From the NCBI RefSeq assembly GCF_009914755.1, contig NC_060928.1: 64,000 nucleotides of DNA; one strand, given 5' to 3'. The notes under the pieces were generated by a model. It did not search any database. It was given only the letters and a program-made list of their open reading frames with translations, and was not told where the DNA came from. Positions within the stretch are counted from its first letter, which is position 1. Every line of letters starts with the position of its first letter. The position numbers and the translations under genes are program-made. This DNA is from the human T2T-CHM13v2.0 reference genome, Homo sapiens. Shown piece after piece: positions 13,735 through 28,500 of the stretch.

Positions 13735-14183
13735 CTACATGATTAAAATGAAATAAATTTATAGGAGATAAAAAAGTACTTTAGGGTTTTAAAACATTTC
13801 CTTTAAGAATTCAAAGAATATAAATAAATAATATAATTTTATAATACCTCTTAATGGACAGATAAAATTTTATGAATTTGGTTTGTAAAGCATGATGTTT
13901 TGAAGTATATATGCATTATGGAAGAACCAAATCCAGCTAATTAATATATGCATTGTCTCATATATTAATATATTTTTGTGGTGAGAGACTTCACATCCAC
14001 TGTCTTAGCATTTTTAAAGAATACAACGTATTGTTAACTATGGTCACATATTGTTATACAATAGAAGTCTTTCATTTATTCCTCATAAGTGAAATTTTAT
14101 ATACTTTGACAAGGATAATATATGGCTTTTATTGTGTTGCAGTACATTCATTCTATCCCAAATTGTTGATTTTTTTATTGTGA

Positions 14184-15346
<1,163 letters not shown>

Positions 15347-15404
15347 AAGAATATTATATGATTTTATACTTCATTTGGTTAATGTGGTATTTCACATTTA
15401 TTGA

Positions 15405-15793
<389 letters not shown>

Positions 15794-17399
15794 ACAAATT
15801 TGATTTTGTTGAAGATTTTTCAATCTATGGTCATTAGCAATACTTGCCTTTAGGTTTTTTGTTTGTTTGTTTTTGTTTTTTTTTCTTGTGATATCTTTGT
15901 CTGTCTTTGGTATAAGGGTAGTGCTGGCCTTATAAAATGAGTCTGAAAGTATTTTCTCTTCTTCAATGTTTTGAATGATTTTGAGAAGAATTGTTAATAA
16001 TTCTTTAAATGGTAAGATTCACTGAATTCATTAGGTCTAGGCTTTCTCTTAATGGTTGACTTTTTATTACTGATTGAATCTCCTTTTTTATTCTTGGTCT
16101 GTTCAGGATTTTTATTCTTTATAATTTAATCTTGGCAGGTTATATTTGCCAAGGGATTTATTCTTTTCTTCTAGATTATCTAATTTGGGGGCCTATTATT
16201 ATTTATAGTCTTTTATGATCCTTTATATTTCTGTGGTATCAGTTATAATGGCTCATTTTTCATCTTCCTTATTGGGTCTTCTCTCATTTCTTACATAGGT
16301 AAAGGTTGGTTGATTTTGTTTATCTTTTAAAAAAATCAGTTTTATTATTTTTTCTATTATTTTTTCTAGTTTTCATTTTGTTAATTTCTGCACTGATATT
16401 TGCTATTTCCTTTCTCCTGCTAACTTTGGGCTCATTTTGTCCTTGTTATTCCAGTTCCTTGAGGTGCAACATTAAATTGTTTATTTGAGAACTTTCTTTG
16501 TAATTTGATGTGTTTATTGCCATTCACTTCCCTCTTAGAACTGCCTTTGCTTTATGCCATAAGTTTTGTTATGTTGTATTTTCATTTCATTTGTTTGGAT
16601 AAATTTTTACATTATTGTTTCAATTTCTTAATTGACTTATTGGGTATACAGAGTATGTTGTTTTATTTCCATGTATTTGTGAATCTTTTAATGTGTCTAC
16701 TGGTAAGGTGGTGATTAACTCTCCTAGCTTTTGTTAGGAAAAGACTTTATCTGTCTTTCATTTCTAAAGGATAATTTTGTTGTGTATAATATTCTCAGTT
16801 GGCAGCTTTTTCTTTTTTCTCCATTAGCACTTTGAATATATTACCCCAATCTCTCCTGGCCTGTTAGGCTTCTGCTGAGAGGTCTGCTGCTAGCCTTTTT
16901 TCAAAACTCTTTTATATGTTATTTGCTTCTTTTCTCATGCTGCTTTTAGGATCTTCTCTTTTTCTTTGGTTGTTGACAGTTTGATTGCAATGTGTCACAG
17001 TGTAGTCTTGTTTGTATTGAATCTGATGGGAGAGATTTTCTTTTCTATATCAGAGTATTTACATTTTTTCTAAGTTTGGAAAGTATTTTGCTACTATTTT
17101 TTAAATAATATTTCCACTCCTTCATGTTTTTTTCTTATTTTTAAATTCCTATGACTTAAAAATTTGCTCTTTTGATACCACCTCATGAATCTCATATGCT
17201 TTCTTTACTCATTTTCATTATTTTTTTTCTACCCTGGCTTTATTTTAAAATAATTTGTCTTTGAGTTTACAAATTATTTCTTCTTCTTTAATTCTGCTAT
17301 TGATACTCTCCATGACAATTTTGGTTTTGCACTTTTATTTATTTCACTGTATTTTTAAGCTCCAGGGCTGATGCTTAATTTTTAAAAATTATTATTTCA

Positions 17400-17753
<354 letters not shown>

Positions 17754-19417
17754 TTATTAAATTTTCATTCTGCTCACATTGTTTTCTCTTTTTTTTTGAA
17801 TTTTTCTCTGTATTTCCTTAAAGTTTGCTGGGCTTCCTTAAAACCTTTATTTTAAACACTTTGTCACACAATTCGTACATCTCCATTTATTAGGGTAATT
17901 CACTGGCACTTTATTTTGTCCATTTAGTGATGCCATTTTTCCCAGATTGTCCTTGATCCTCGTGAATATGCATCAATGTCTGTATATCTGAAGACAAAGG
18001 TGCTTATTTCAGTCATCACAAACTGACTTAGCCTGGGCAAATCCCTTAGCAGTCAGCTTGCCCAAAGATTCTGGGCAGGCTCTTTGGCATAGTTCTTAGC
18101 TTGGGGCCCATTGTGGCTGGTGTGGCACTAGGGTGCCCTTGATGCTCAAGATTGCTATGGCCTGCCTGACACTGAGGGCTGTCTGGAACTTGGGGCCTCT
18201 GACATTGGCTCAGTGGTGGTATGCATGAGAAATCAAGTCTGCCACACAAGCCAGAAGCTTGGGGTTGTGTGGTCCTACCTGACACTGCAGCAGATCTAGA
18301 AGCTCTGTCTATAGGTACTGGCCTGAAACCTGGGGCCATCAGGTTTTTCCAGTTCTGGATATTATTGAGTCAGGTCTGGTGTTCGGGGTCTAACACAGTC
18401 CTATGGTTATTGCCTGCTCTTGACCCCAAGCAAGCAATAACTCTCTGCACTGTGCAGCCTTGGTGTCAGAGAGTGGTGACATAAGTAATGTAATACTGTT
18501 CTTTCTACTCTCTTCAATGCGTCTTTTCATATTATCATGCTATCAGGTATCATAACCTGAAATCTGTACTTTTTATAGTTCTTGTGAAGGTATTTTTGTT
18601 CATGGATAGTTGTTCAAATGGATATTACTTTAGGGATATGATTACTAGAGTGAAGTATTTTGCCATTTTGTTGCCCCTTCCTACTTTTATATAATTTATT
18701 ATATTAGTCATTTTGCAAGAGAAAAAATGGTCTAAAAATATTCTGGAAAAAAAAAACAGAAAAATGAACTTGTTGGCTATATGAGATGTCTCTTGGTTAA
18801 TATTCTTAATGTGGTCTATATTCTTAACCTTTGGTCAAGGGACATTGATCTTCTGTTGGTACAGACAAATTACCTTCTTTTCATGCAATATATACATCAG
18901 ATCCATTATTGTAAAATATGCCTATAATATAAATACCTGTTTCTCCTCTCTCAAGGCCTAAGGGATATGTGTCTCAAATAAATCACTTTGTTCTAGTAAC
19001 AGTGCTTAAGAGATATCAGAGAGAGAAGCATCTTGCATAACTTTACAGATTCAATAATTGGTCCTTCTGTGACCTTTCAGGTATAAATTTTAAATATTTA
19101 TAAATGCTAGAGAAAATGCAATATTCTTAATTTTAATTCCTAATTAATGTTGGCTACCATTTTCATCCACTCCAACAAAGCATTAAAAATGGCAAGAAAA
19201 AAAGAATATAAGGTCAACTGAAAAAATGTGATGAGCAACAACCCGTGAAATAAGGAGAATACACAAGTGTATCCTCAATGATAGTCACAAAATCAAAATT
19301 TTTTGAAGAACTCAGATATGGATTAATGTGAAAAAATTGTTAAAATCACAACAATTGCATTGAAAATTGTAATAAAAATAGCTAAATGAAAGATGTAGAG
19401 TCATTTTAGAATCTTTT

Positions 19418-19717
19418 TTTTTTTTTTTTTTTTTTGATACAGAGTCTCACTCTGTAGCCCAAGCTGTAGGGCAACGGTATAATCTCGGCTCACTGAAACC
19501 TCCGCCTCTGGGGCTCAAGTGATTCTCGTGCCTCAGCCTCCTGAGTAGCTGGGGTTACAGGCGTGTGCCACCATGCCCAGCTAATTTTTTGTATTTTAGT
19601 AGAGACGAGGTTTCACCACGTTGCCCAAGGTGGTCTCAAGCTCCTGAGCTCAGATGATCCACCTACCTCGGCATCCCAAAGTGCTGGGATTACAGGCATG
19701 AGCCACCACACCAGGCC
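19418..19717 (-). mobile_element. Alu (AluJb/Sz6-like)
   Basis: Full dimer; TSD TAGAATCTTTT at 19407-19417 and 19718-19728. Confidence 0.93.
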
Positions 19718-21257
19718 TAGAATCTTTTATGAGAAGTCTAGGGTTAGGATGATCTGCCTGCATAAGAGAAATATGAGGGTCCACCTGAAATCTGCATACT
19801 GTAATTGAGTGCGACAGTAGTGCTCCATAACACATACTTACTATGTGAGTCACTTTTATAATTCTTGATTCAAAATATAATCTTTTACTCCCCAACTTGG
19901 TAACATCTTTAGTGAGAAAAATAGATTGTCTGGTAGAATTCAAGCAACTCTTATGTTACTGGAGCAGTTTTAGACGACATGATTTCCTTGGTGGTGATTT
20001 TCTAAGTTTCAGTAACTAAAAATCCATCTTAATATTGAAAAGAACACAAAATTTCTAACTTATCAATTACATTTTTAAAGCAGATACACATATATGCCCA
20101 CTTAACTAAAGAGTAATATTATCTTACTCCACCTAAAACAGTTGGCCTAAAAATTATGAAATAATTTGCATTATCAATGTTGAACAGAATAAAGGACCAG
20201 GCAGTTTTAATATATGCATGGATAAGCTGACTCTTTCAGAAAGGATTTAAAAAAATGTAAACCTTAAGCCATAGATGTGTAAAAGAGCATCAGTGTAAGA
20301 TTATTACTGGCAATTACATCAGGTGTCTCTGAAGAGTGTTCAGGCACATGCATAGAAATGAATATTATTCTGTCTTTAATTTCTTTGTTAGCATCAACAG
20401 CAGGTTGCTTATTTTTAGTTAATTATGAATTGCAAGATAAAGGAAACAGGCATATTTTTTGATAGAAAATGAGATAAAAATCTCATTTTCTATCTGGAAG
20501 ATTCTGTAATGTGTTATGATTGCTTTCAGGAGCACAACTTGCTGAAATTAAATAAACTGGCTACCAAGAAAACTGGAAAAGTGAGAAAATGTAGGTGCAG
20601 GGCATGGAAAGGCTTCCTGAAATTTCTGATTTAGTACAAAACTATATTGCTGTAAGGATGTGTTGTATTGTGTTAACCCATGTGTCCCAAGCAAATAACA
20701 TACATTTTATTATAAGAAGGACAACTAATGCTTTGTATTACAAGTGGTTTCACAGAATAAATAACATTTGATCTATATAATAATACCATTTAATAATTGT
20801 TATTATCATTATTACACAAAACAAGAAGCAGAAGAAGCAGAACTAAAGTGGCAGTATGGAGATTTTTTTCTGTGTGCAAGATCCAGGAACAGAACTCAGG
20901 TCTTCTTTAGGTCAAAGCCTTTAAGATTTCTACCGGCTGAGCTTTGAATATAAATTAGAAAAGTTTTATATATTAATGTTTAGAAATATTTGTACAAAAC
21001 TACATTGTTTTAAAAATTGTATGTAGTGTAGGTGAAAACAGACTTATAGATGTGAAAATTTGAATAAGATAATGAATATTGTTGAGAACAAATAAAAATA
21101 CTAAATATTAAATATTACAGGAAAGAATATTATTTGAGAAGAGACAGGATTATAAATTGGCTACACTCATAAAATAAAACCCTCAGAAAACAAAAGAGAT
21201 TAGAAACACATAATTGGTAGGTGATTTCTGCTATGACAGATCAGGTAAATAAAAAAG

Positions 21258-21443
21258 ATGACTTAAGAAACCTTATATAAAGTTAATTCATAAAGAAACT
21301 ATATGTATATGTGTGTGTGCCTGTGTGTGTGTGTGAGAGAGAGATCAGAATATCAGAGAATCTCCTTATCTCTTCATAAAATAATGACTTAAGAAACCTT
21401 AGAGTCAATTCATAAAGAAGGTATGTGTATGTGTGTGTGTGTA

Positions 21444-21485
<42 letters not shown>

Positions 21486-21523
21486 AAAGAGTGAGAGATC
21501 AGAAGATCAGAGAATCTACTTAT
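21258..21523. repeat. 126-bp-period tandem duplication containing (TG)n
   Basis: ATGACTTAAGAAACCTTA at 21258 and 21384; both copies end GAGATCAGAA(T/G)ATCAGAGAATCT(C/A)CTTAT. Confidence 0.9.
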
Positions 21524-22656
21524 TTTATTTCCTGGCATCCTTAAGAGAGTTACCCATATATTAGGCTATACAGAGAACCCTAATAGGATTTAAAGTTAAC
21601 TGACCAAAAGGTCGTAAATAAAATGGAAAGGGGATATGTTAAGGGAGAAAGACTATTTATGAGCTAAATTACGTATATTTATTGATGTGGGTTTCCAGAT
21701 AATACTTTCATTTTATAAAGTAACCAATATAGATATAAATAGAGCCAATACTCAAGAGACAAATCTTGGCATAACTTCAATACCAGTGTGCAGTCATTTA
21801 GATGTGGATGTGCTTTTGGTACATTGGATGTTAAAAATATTAAATATCACCTCAGGTAAGAATGTATTGTTTAAATTATAAAGAACAGACCTAGAATAGT
21901 AAATAGAAACAAAGCTCAAGTAGTTACCTCTAAGGAATATTGCTTGTATGAATAATGGGAAAGTAAACATGTTAAAGCAAAAGTTTAAAGAAGGCTGTTT
22001 GGAAAGTGTAAAATGGGAATTAATTGTTCAAGTTGGGTTATTGGATCAATGACTTTTTAGAATGTTTTTACAGCAATCTATCCACAAGTTTATAAAAACA
22101 AAAGTATGATGGAAAAGTACCAAATGTTATCCTAATAGTAACAAACTGGACCTTATTTCTATTTATCTATTCTAGTTTGTTCTTTATAATTCTAAACAAA
22201 AAATTTATATCTCAGGGATCTGTGGAATCATAACAAAAGATATAGCATTAATTCATTGGATTCCTAGAAGAGAGTAGACAGAGGGCAGAGATTAAATAAA
22301 TGACTTAAATAATGACAAAAAATTTTCTAAATTTGGCAAAAGAGATGAAATGACAGATTGAAGAATCTGACAGAATCTTTCATCCACAAAATACTCAAAG
22401 AAACCGATACTAAAGCACATTACAGTCAAAATGCTGAAAAATGAAGATAAGAAAAAATATTTTCAGACAAAAAGAAAGAAACAATCTCTAGCTGATGGGG
22501 AAAACAATTCTAATGACAAAATATTTCTTCTGAAAATTCATGGTTACAGCAATAAAGTAGAACAAAATTTTTAAAGTGAAGAAAGAAAAGAATTAACACA
22601 ATATACTATATCCAGTGAAAGTAGTCTTTAGAAACAAAGGGCAAGTTGAATATTCT

Positions 22657-22794
22657 TTTTTTTAGTTTTAAGTTCTGGGATACATGTGCACAACATGCGG
22701 GTTTGTTACATAGGTATACATATGTGCCATGGTGGTTTGCTGAATCTATCAACCCATCATCTAGGTTTTAAGCCCCATGTGCATTAGGTATTTA
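22657..22794 (-). mobile_element. Short L1PA8-like 3' end
   Basis: Poly-T plus TTAAGTTCTGGGATACATGTGC...CATCTAGGTTTTAAGCCCCATG; degraded TSD GAATATTCTT/GAACAGTCTT. Confidence 0.8.
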
Positions 22795-24700
22795 GAACAG
22801 TCTTAAATGGAGCATTATCACCAGAAGACCAATGATAACAGAATACCTAAAAGAACTCCACATAGAAGGGAAATGATAGATAAAACATCTTGTAATATTA
22901 GCAAGAAAGAACGAACAATGGAAAGAGTAGTGATATGGGTAAATACTTTAGGTTCTCATCTTCTCTTGAGCTTTTTAAATTAAGGTCGAGGATTAAAGCA
23001 CAATTATACCACTAGCTAATTTGCTTCAAATAGGCATAAGAATTATTCTAGATAAATGTAGCATAAATGGAAGTGGCTAAAAGAACATAGAGGAAGGTAA
23101 GTTTTTACATTTCCATGAAACTGCTAAAATTATGACACCAAGAGACTGTAATGAGTTTTGTGTATATATTACCTAATCTAAATAAACAACTAAAATAGGA
23201 ATACAAATACATATCTAAAAACATTACGAGTAAATTAAAATGAAATGCTGAAAAAATTCAGGAAAGACACAAGAATACAGGAAAAAATACACAAAACATA
23301 GATTAAAAAGTATACAAAATTAAACAGCAAATTTAAGGCATACATATCAATTGTTGTATTAAATATAAGTGTCCTAGAAACACCAGTGTTAAAAATTAGA
23401 AGAATTGATTGAAAACATGACCCAACTATAGGCTGCCCACCCAGAAAAAAATTCAAATGAATTGATGCAGTTATATTGAAAGTAAAAGAATAGAACATGT
23501 ATTCCATGTAAACAAGAATCAAAAGAAAGAGGAGCAATATTAATATTAGAAAAAATTGAAATCAGAACAAAGAAAAAATTTAAAGAGAGAAAGAGACTTT
23601 AAAATGATAAAAAGGTCAATCCATCAAGAACAAATAGCAGTCCTAATGTGTATGCAGTAAGCAGCACATCCACAAATATGAGAAGCAAAAACTTACAGAA
23701 CTGAAAGAAAAAAATAGACAAATCTCAAATCGTACTTTAGTTACTCTTCATCAGCCCTCTCAATAATTGACAAAACAGGTAGACAGAAGACAGCAAAGAA
23801 AGAGAAAAATTCAACATCATCAACAAACAAGTTTTAGTTGACATTTATGCAACTCTTCACCCAACAACAAAATACAAATTTTCAAGTGCTCATAGAACAC
23901 ATACCAAGATTAACAACATTCTGTGTCAGAAAGAAGCCTTAACAAAGTTAAAAGGGTTGAGATAATACAGAATGTATTCTCTGATAAAAAGAAACCAAAT
24001 TAGAAATTAAAAATAAAAATAACAGGAGAATCTCTCAATACTTGGAAACTAAAAAACAGATTTCTAAATAATCTGAGTCAAAGAAGTCTTAAGCAAAATC
24101 CAAATGTGCATTAAACTAGTTAACTACAATATAATATATTTAAATATTTGAACAGCAAAAGCAAGGTTGAGAAGGAAACTGATAGCACTAAATACTTATA
24201 TAAGAAAAGAGAAAAAGTCTCAGACCAATTATATAAGCTCTAATCTCAAAAATTAGAAAAAGAAAGACAACATAAACCAAAAGAAACAGAGAAAAAATAC
24301 CTAGATAATAGTAGAAATCAAAGAAATTGAAAACTAAAAAATAGAGAAAAATTGAGGACATGGATAACTGAAAAAAATAGATATAATTAAAACTCTATAA
24401 CAACACTGGCAAGAGTAAAAAGAAGACACAGATTTTAGTATCAGTAATGACACATGGGATCTCACTACAGACCATGCAGATATCAAACTGTAATAAAGAA
24501 ATACTATAAATAACTCTATACACATATATTTGACAACTTAGAAAAAAACAATTTCTGAAAAGGCAGAAAATACAACACACCTAATATGAAATAAATAATA
24601 CAGTAGCAGCGTAATATTAAGGGAATGAATGTATAACTTTAAAACTTCCACACAATACATATTCATAGCTAACTTCTCTAAAACATATTGTCAAATGTTT

Positions 24701-25018
24701 TATTTTATTTTATTTTTATTTTTACTTGTTTATTTTTGAGACGGAGTCTCGCTCTGTCGCCCAAGCTGGAGTGCGGTGGCGTGATCTCCGCTCACTGCAC
24801 GCTCCACCTCCCGAGTTCACGCTATTCTCCTGCCTCAGCCTCCAAGTAGCTGGGACTACAGGCGCCCACCACCACGCCTGGCTAATTTTTTGTATTTTTA
24901 GTCGAGACGGGGGTTTCACCATGTCAGCCAGGATGGTCTGGATCTCCTGACCTCGTGATCCACCTGTCTCGGCCTCCCAAAGTGCTGGGATTACAGGTGT
25001 GAGCCACCATGCCTGGCC
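24701..25018 (-). mobile_element. AluY
   Basis: CpG-rich full dimer; perfect 12-bp TSD TGTCAAATGTTT at 24689-24700 and 25019-25030. Confidence 0.96.
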
Positions 25019-25457
25019 TGTCAAATGTTTAAAAGAGAACTAAGACCAATCTTACCCAATCTTTTATAGAGTAAATATGAGGGAATATGACTAGTTTATT
25101 TTATGAAGCTAATGTTACCCTGATACCAAAACCAGACAAAGGTACAACAACAACAGAAACATAAATAACTGAAGACCAATATCTATCATGAATGTAGACA
25201 CAAATCTTTAACGAAATATAAGCAAATGGAATTCTGCAATATATAAAAATAATTATACACTATGATCAAGTGAGGTTTATTCAAGGGAAACACGGCTTTT
25301 TAGATATTCTGAATCAATATATCTAATTCACCATATCAACAGGCTAAAGAAGAAAAATTGCATGATCATATCAATTGATGACCTAGTATTTTATAAAATT
25401 CAACACTAATTCACAATTTAAAAACTAAGAAAACTAAGAATAAAAGAAACCTTTTTT

Positions 25458-25522
25458 TAGAGATTATTTGAAGTATATAGGAGGATGTGTGTATGTTATA
25501 TGGAAGTATTATGACATTTTAT
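25458..25522 (-). mobile_element. Internal MER2 (Tigger-class) fragment
   Basis: TAGAGATTATTTGAAGTATATAGGAGGATGTGTGTATGTTATATGGAAGTATTATGACATTTTAT resembles antisense MER2 (TAGAGATGATTTAAAGTATACGGGAGGATGTGCGTAGGTTATATGCAAATACTACGCCATTTTAT). Confidence 0.75.
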
Positions 25523-28500
25523 TTTTTATTTTTTATTATACTTTAAGTTCTAGGATACATGTGCAGAACGTGCAGGTTTGTTACATAGGTGTACACATGC
25601 CATGGTGGTTTGCTGCACCCATCAACCTGTCAACTACATTAGGTATTTCTCCTAATGCTATCCCTCCCCTAGCCCCCCACCCCCCAACAGGCCCCGATGT
25701 GTGATGTTCCCCTCTCTGTGTCCATGTGTTCTCATTGTTCAACTCCCACTTATGAGTGAGAACATATGGTGTTTGGTTTTCTGTTCCTGTGTTAGCTTGC
25801 TGAGAAAGATGGTTTCCAACTTCATCCATGTCCCTGCAAAGGACATGAATTCATTCTTTTTTCATGGCTGTGTAGTATTCCGTGGTGTATAAGTGCCACA
25901 TTTTCTTTATCCAGTCTATCATTGATGGACATTTGGGTTGGTTCCAATTCTTTGCTATTGTGAATAATGCTGCAATAAACACATGTGTGCATGTGTCTTT
26001 ATAGTAGCATGATTTATAATCCTTTGGGTATATACCCAGTAATGGGATTGCTGGGTCAAATGGTATTTCTGGTTCTAGATCCTTGAGGAATCACCACACT
26101 ATCTTCCACAGTGGTAGAACTAACTTACACTCCCAGCAACAGTGTAAAAGCGTTCCTCTTTCTCCACATCCTCTTCAGCATCTGTTGTTTCCTGACTTTT
26201 TAGTGATCACCATTCTAACTGTCCTGGGATGGTATGTCATTGTGGTTTTCACTTGCATTTCTCTAATGATCAGTGATGATGAGCTTTTTCTCATGTTTGT
26301 TGGCCACATAAATGCCTTCTTTTGAGAAGTGTCTGTTCACATCCCTCATCCACTTTTTGATGGGACTATTTGTTTTTTTCTTGTAAATTTGTTTAAGTTC
26401 CGTGTGGATTCTGGATATTAGCCCTTTATCAGATGGATAGATTGCAAAAATTGTCTCCCATTCTGTAGGCTGCCTGTTAACTCTGATGATAGTTTCTTTT
26501 GCTATGCAGAAGCTCTTTAGTTTAATTAGATCCCATTTGTCAATTTTGGCTTTTGTTGCCATTGCTTTTGGTGTTTAGTCATGAAGTTTTTGCCCATGCC
26601 TATGTCCTGAATGGTATTGCCTAGGTTTTCTTCTAGAGTTTTTATGGTTTTAGGTCTTACGTAGAGTGATGTCTCCAGCTTTGTTCTTTTTGCTTAGGAA
26701 TGTCTTGGCTATACATACTGGCTCTTGTTTTGTTCCATATTAAATTTAAAGCATTTTTTTCTAATTCTGAGAAGAAAGTCAATGGTAGGTTGATGAGGAT
26801 AGCATTGTATCTATAAATTACTTTGGGCAGTATGGCCATTTTCACAGTATCGATTCTTCCTATCCATGAGCATGGAATGGTTTTCCATTTGTTTGTATCC
26901 TCTGTTATTTATTTTAGCAATGGTTTGCAGTTCTCCTTGAAGAGGTCCTTCACATCCCTTGTAAGTTGTATTCCTAGGTATGTTATTCTCTTTGTAGCAA
27001 TTGTGAATGTGAGTTCACTCATGATTTGGCTCTCTGTTTGTCTATTATTGATGTATAGGAATGCTTGTGATTTTTGCACATTAACTTTGTAACCTGAGAC
27101 TTTGCTGAAGTTGCTTATCAGCTTAAGGAAATTTTGGGCTGTGAGGATTTTGAGGATTTTTGCATCGATGTTCATTAGGGATATTGGCCTAAAATTTTCC
27201 TTTTTTGTTGTGTATCTGCCAGGTTTTCATATCAGGATGATGGTGACCTCATAAAATGAGTTAGAGAGGAGTCACTCTTTTTCTATTGATTGGAATCTTT
27301 TCAGAAGGAATGGTACCATCTCTTCTTTGTACCTCTGGGGGAATTCAGCTGTGAATTTGTCTGGTCCTAGGTTTTTTTTTGGTTGGTAGGCTATAAATTA
27401 CTATCTCAGTTTCAGAACTTGTTATTATTCTATTCTGGGATCTGACTTCTTCCTGGTTTAGTCTTGGGAGGGTGTATATGTCCAGGAATTTTTCTGTTTC
27501 TTTTAGATTTTCTAGTTTATTTGCATAGAGGTGTTTAAAGTATTCTGTGATGGTAGTTTGTATTTCTGTGGGATCAGTGGTGATATCCTTTTTAAAATTT
27601 TTATTGTATCTGTTGATTCTTCTCTCTTTTCTTCTTTATTAGTCTGGCTAGCAATCTATCTATTTTGTTAATCTTTTCAAAACAACAAGCTTCTGGATTT
27701 ATTGATTTTTGAAGGGTTTTGCATGTGTCTATCCCCTTCAGTTCTGCTCTGATCTTAGTTATTTCTTGTCTTCTGCTAGCTCTTGAATTTGTTTGCTCTT
27801 GCTTCTCTAGTTCTTTCGATTGTGATGTTAAGGTGTCAATTTTAGATCTTTCCCGCTTTCTCCTGTGGACATTTAGTGCCACAAATTTCCCTCTAAACAA
27901 TGCCTTAGCTGTGTCCCAGAGATTCTGGTACATTATGTCTTTGTTCTCATTGGTTTCAAAGAACTTACTTATTTCTGCCTTAATTTAGTGATTTACCCAG
28001 TGGTAATTCAGGAGCAGGTTGTTTAGTTTCTATGTAGTTGTGCAGTTTTGAGTGAGTTTCTTAATCTTGAGTTCTAATTTGATTGCACTGTGGTCTGAGA
28101 GACTGTTATGATTTTCAGCCTTTTGCATTTGCTGAGGAATGTTTTACTTCCAATTATGTGGTCAATTTTAGAATAAGTATAATGTGGTGTTGAGAAAATG
28201 TATATTCTATTGATTTGGGGTGTAGAGTTCTGTAGATAACATCACACACTGTGGCCTGTTGTGGGTGGGGGCTGGGGGAGGGATACATTAGGAGAAATGC
28301 CTAATGTAAATGACGAGTTGATGGGTGCAGCAAACCAATGTGGCACATGTATACCTATGTAACAAACCTGCACATTGTGCACATGTACCCTAGAACTTAA
28401 AGTATAATAACAAAAAAATATTCTGTCTCATTGATATGTCTAATATTGACAGTGGGGTGTTAAAGTCTCCCACTATTATTGTGTGGGAGCCTAAGTTTCT

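Noticed and set aside
21258-21523. Repeat-spacer (CRISPR-like) array
   Set aside because: Only two units, the middle is a microsatellite, and the context is eukaryotic with no cas genes. The same applies to 34967-35075 and 40693-40875.
28238-28420. Twin-priming inversion of the L1PA7-like element
   Set aside because: The inverted piece is a second 3' end with its own poly-A and different subfamily diagnostics, so it is a separate insertion.
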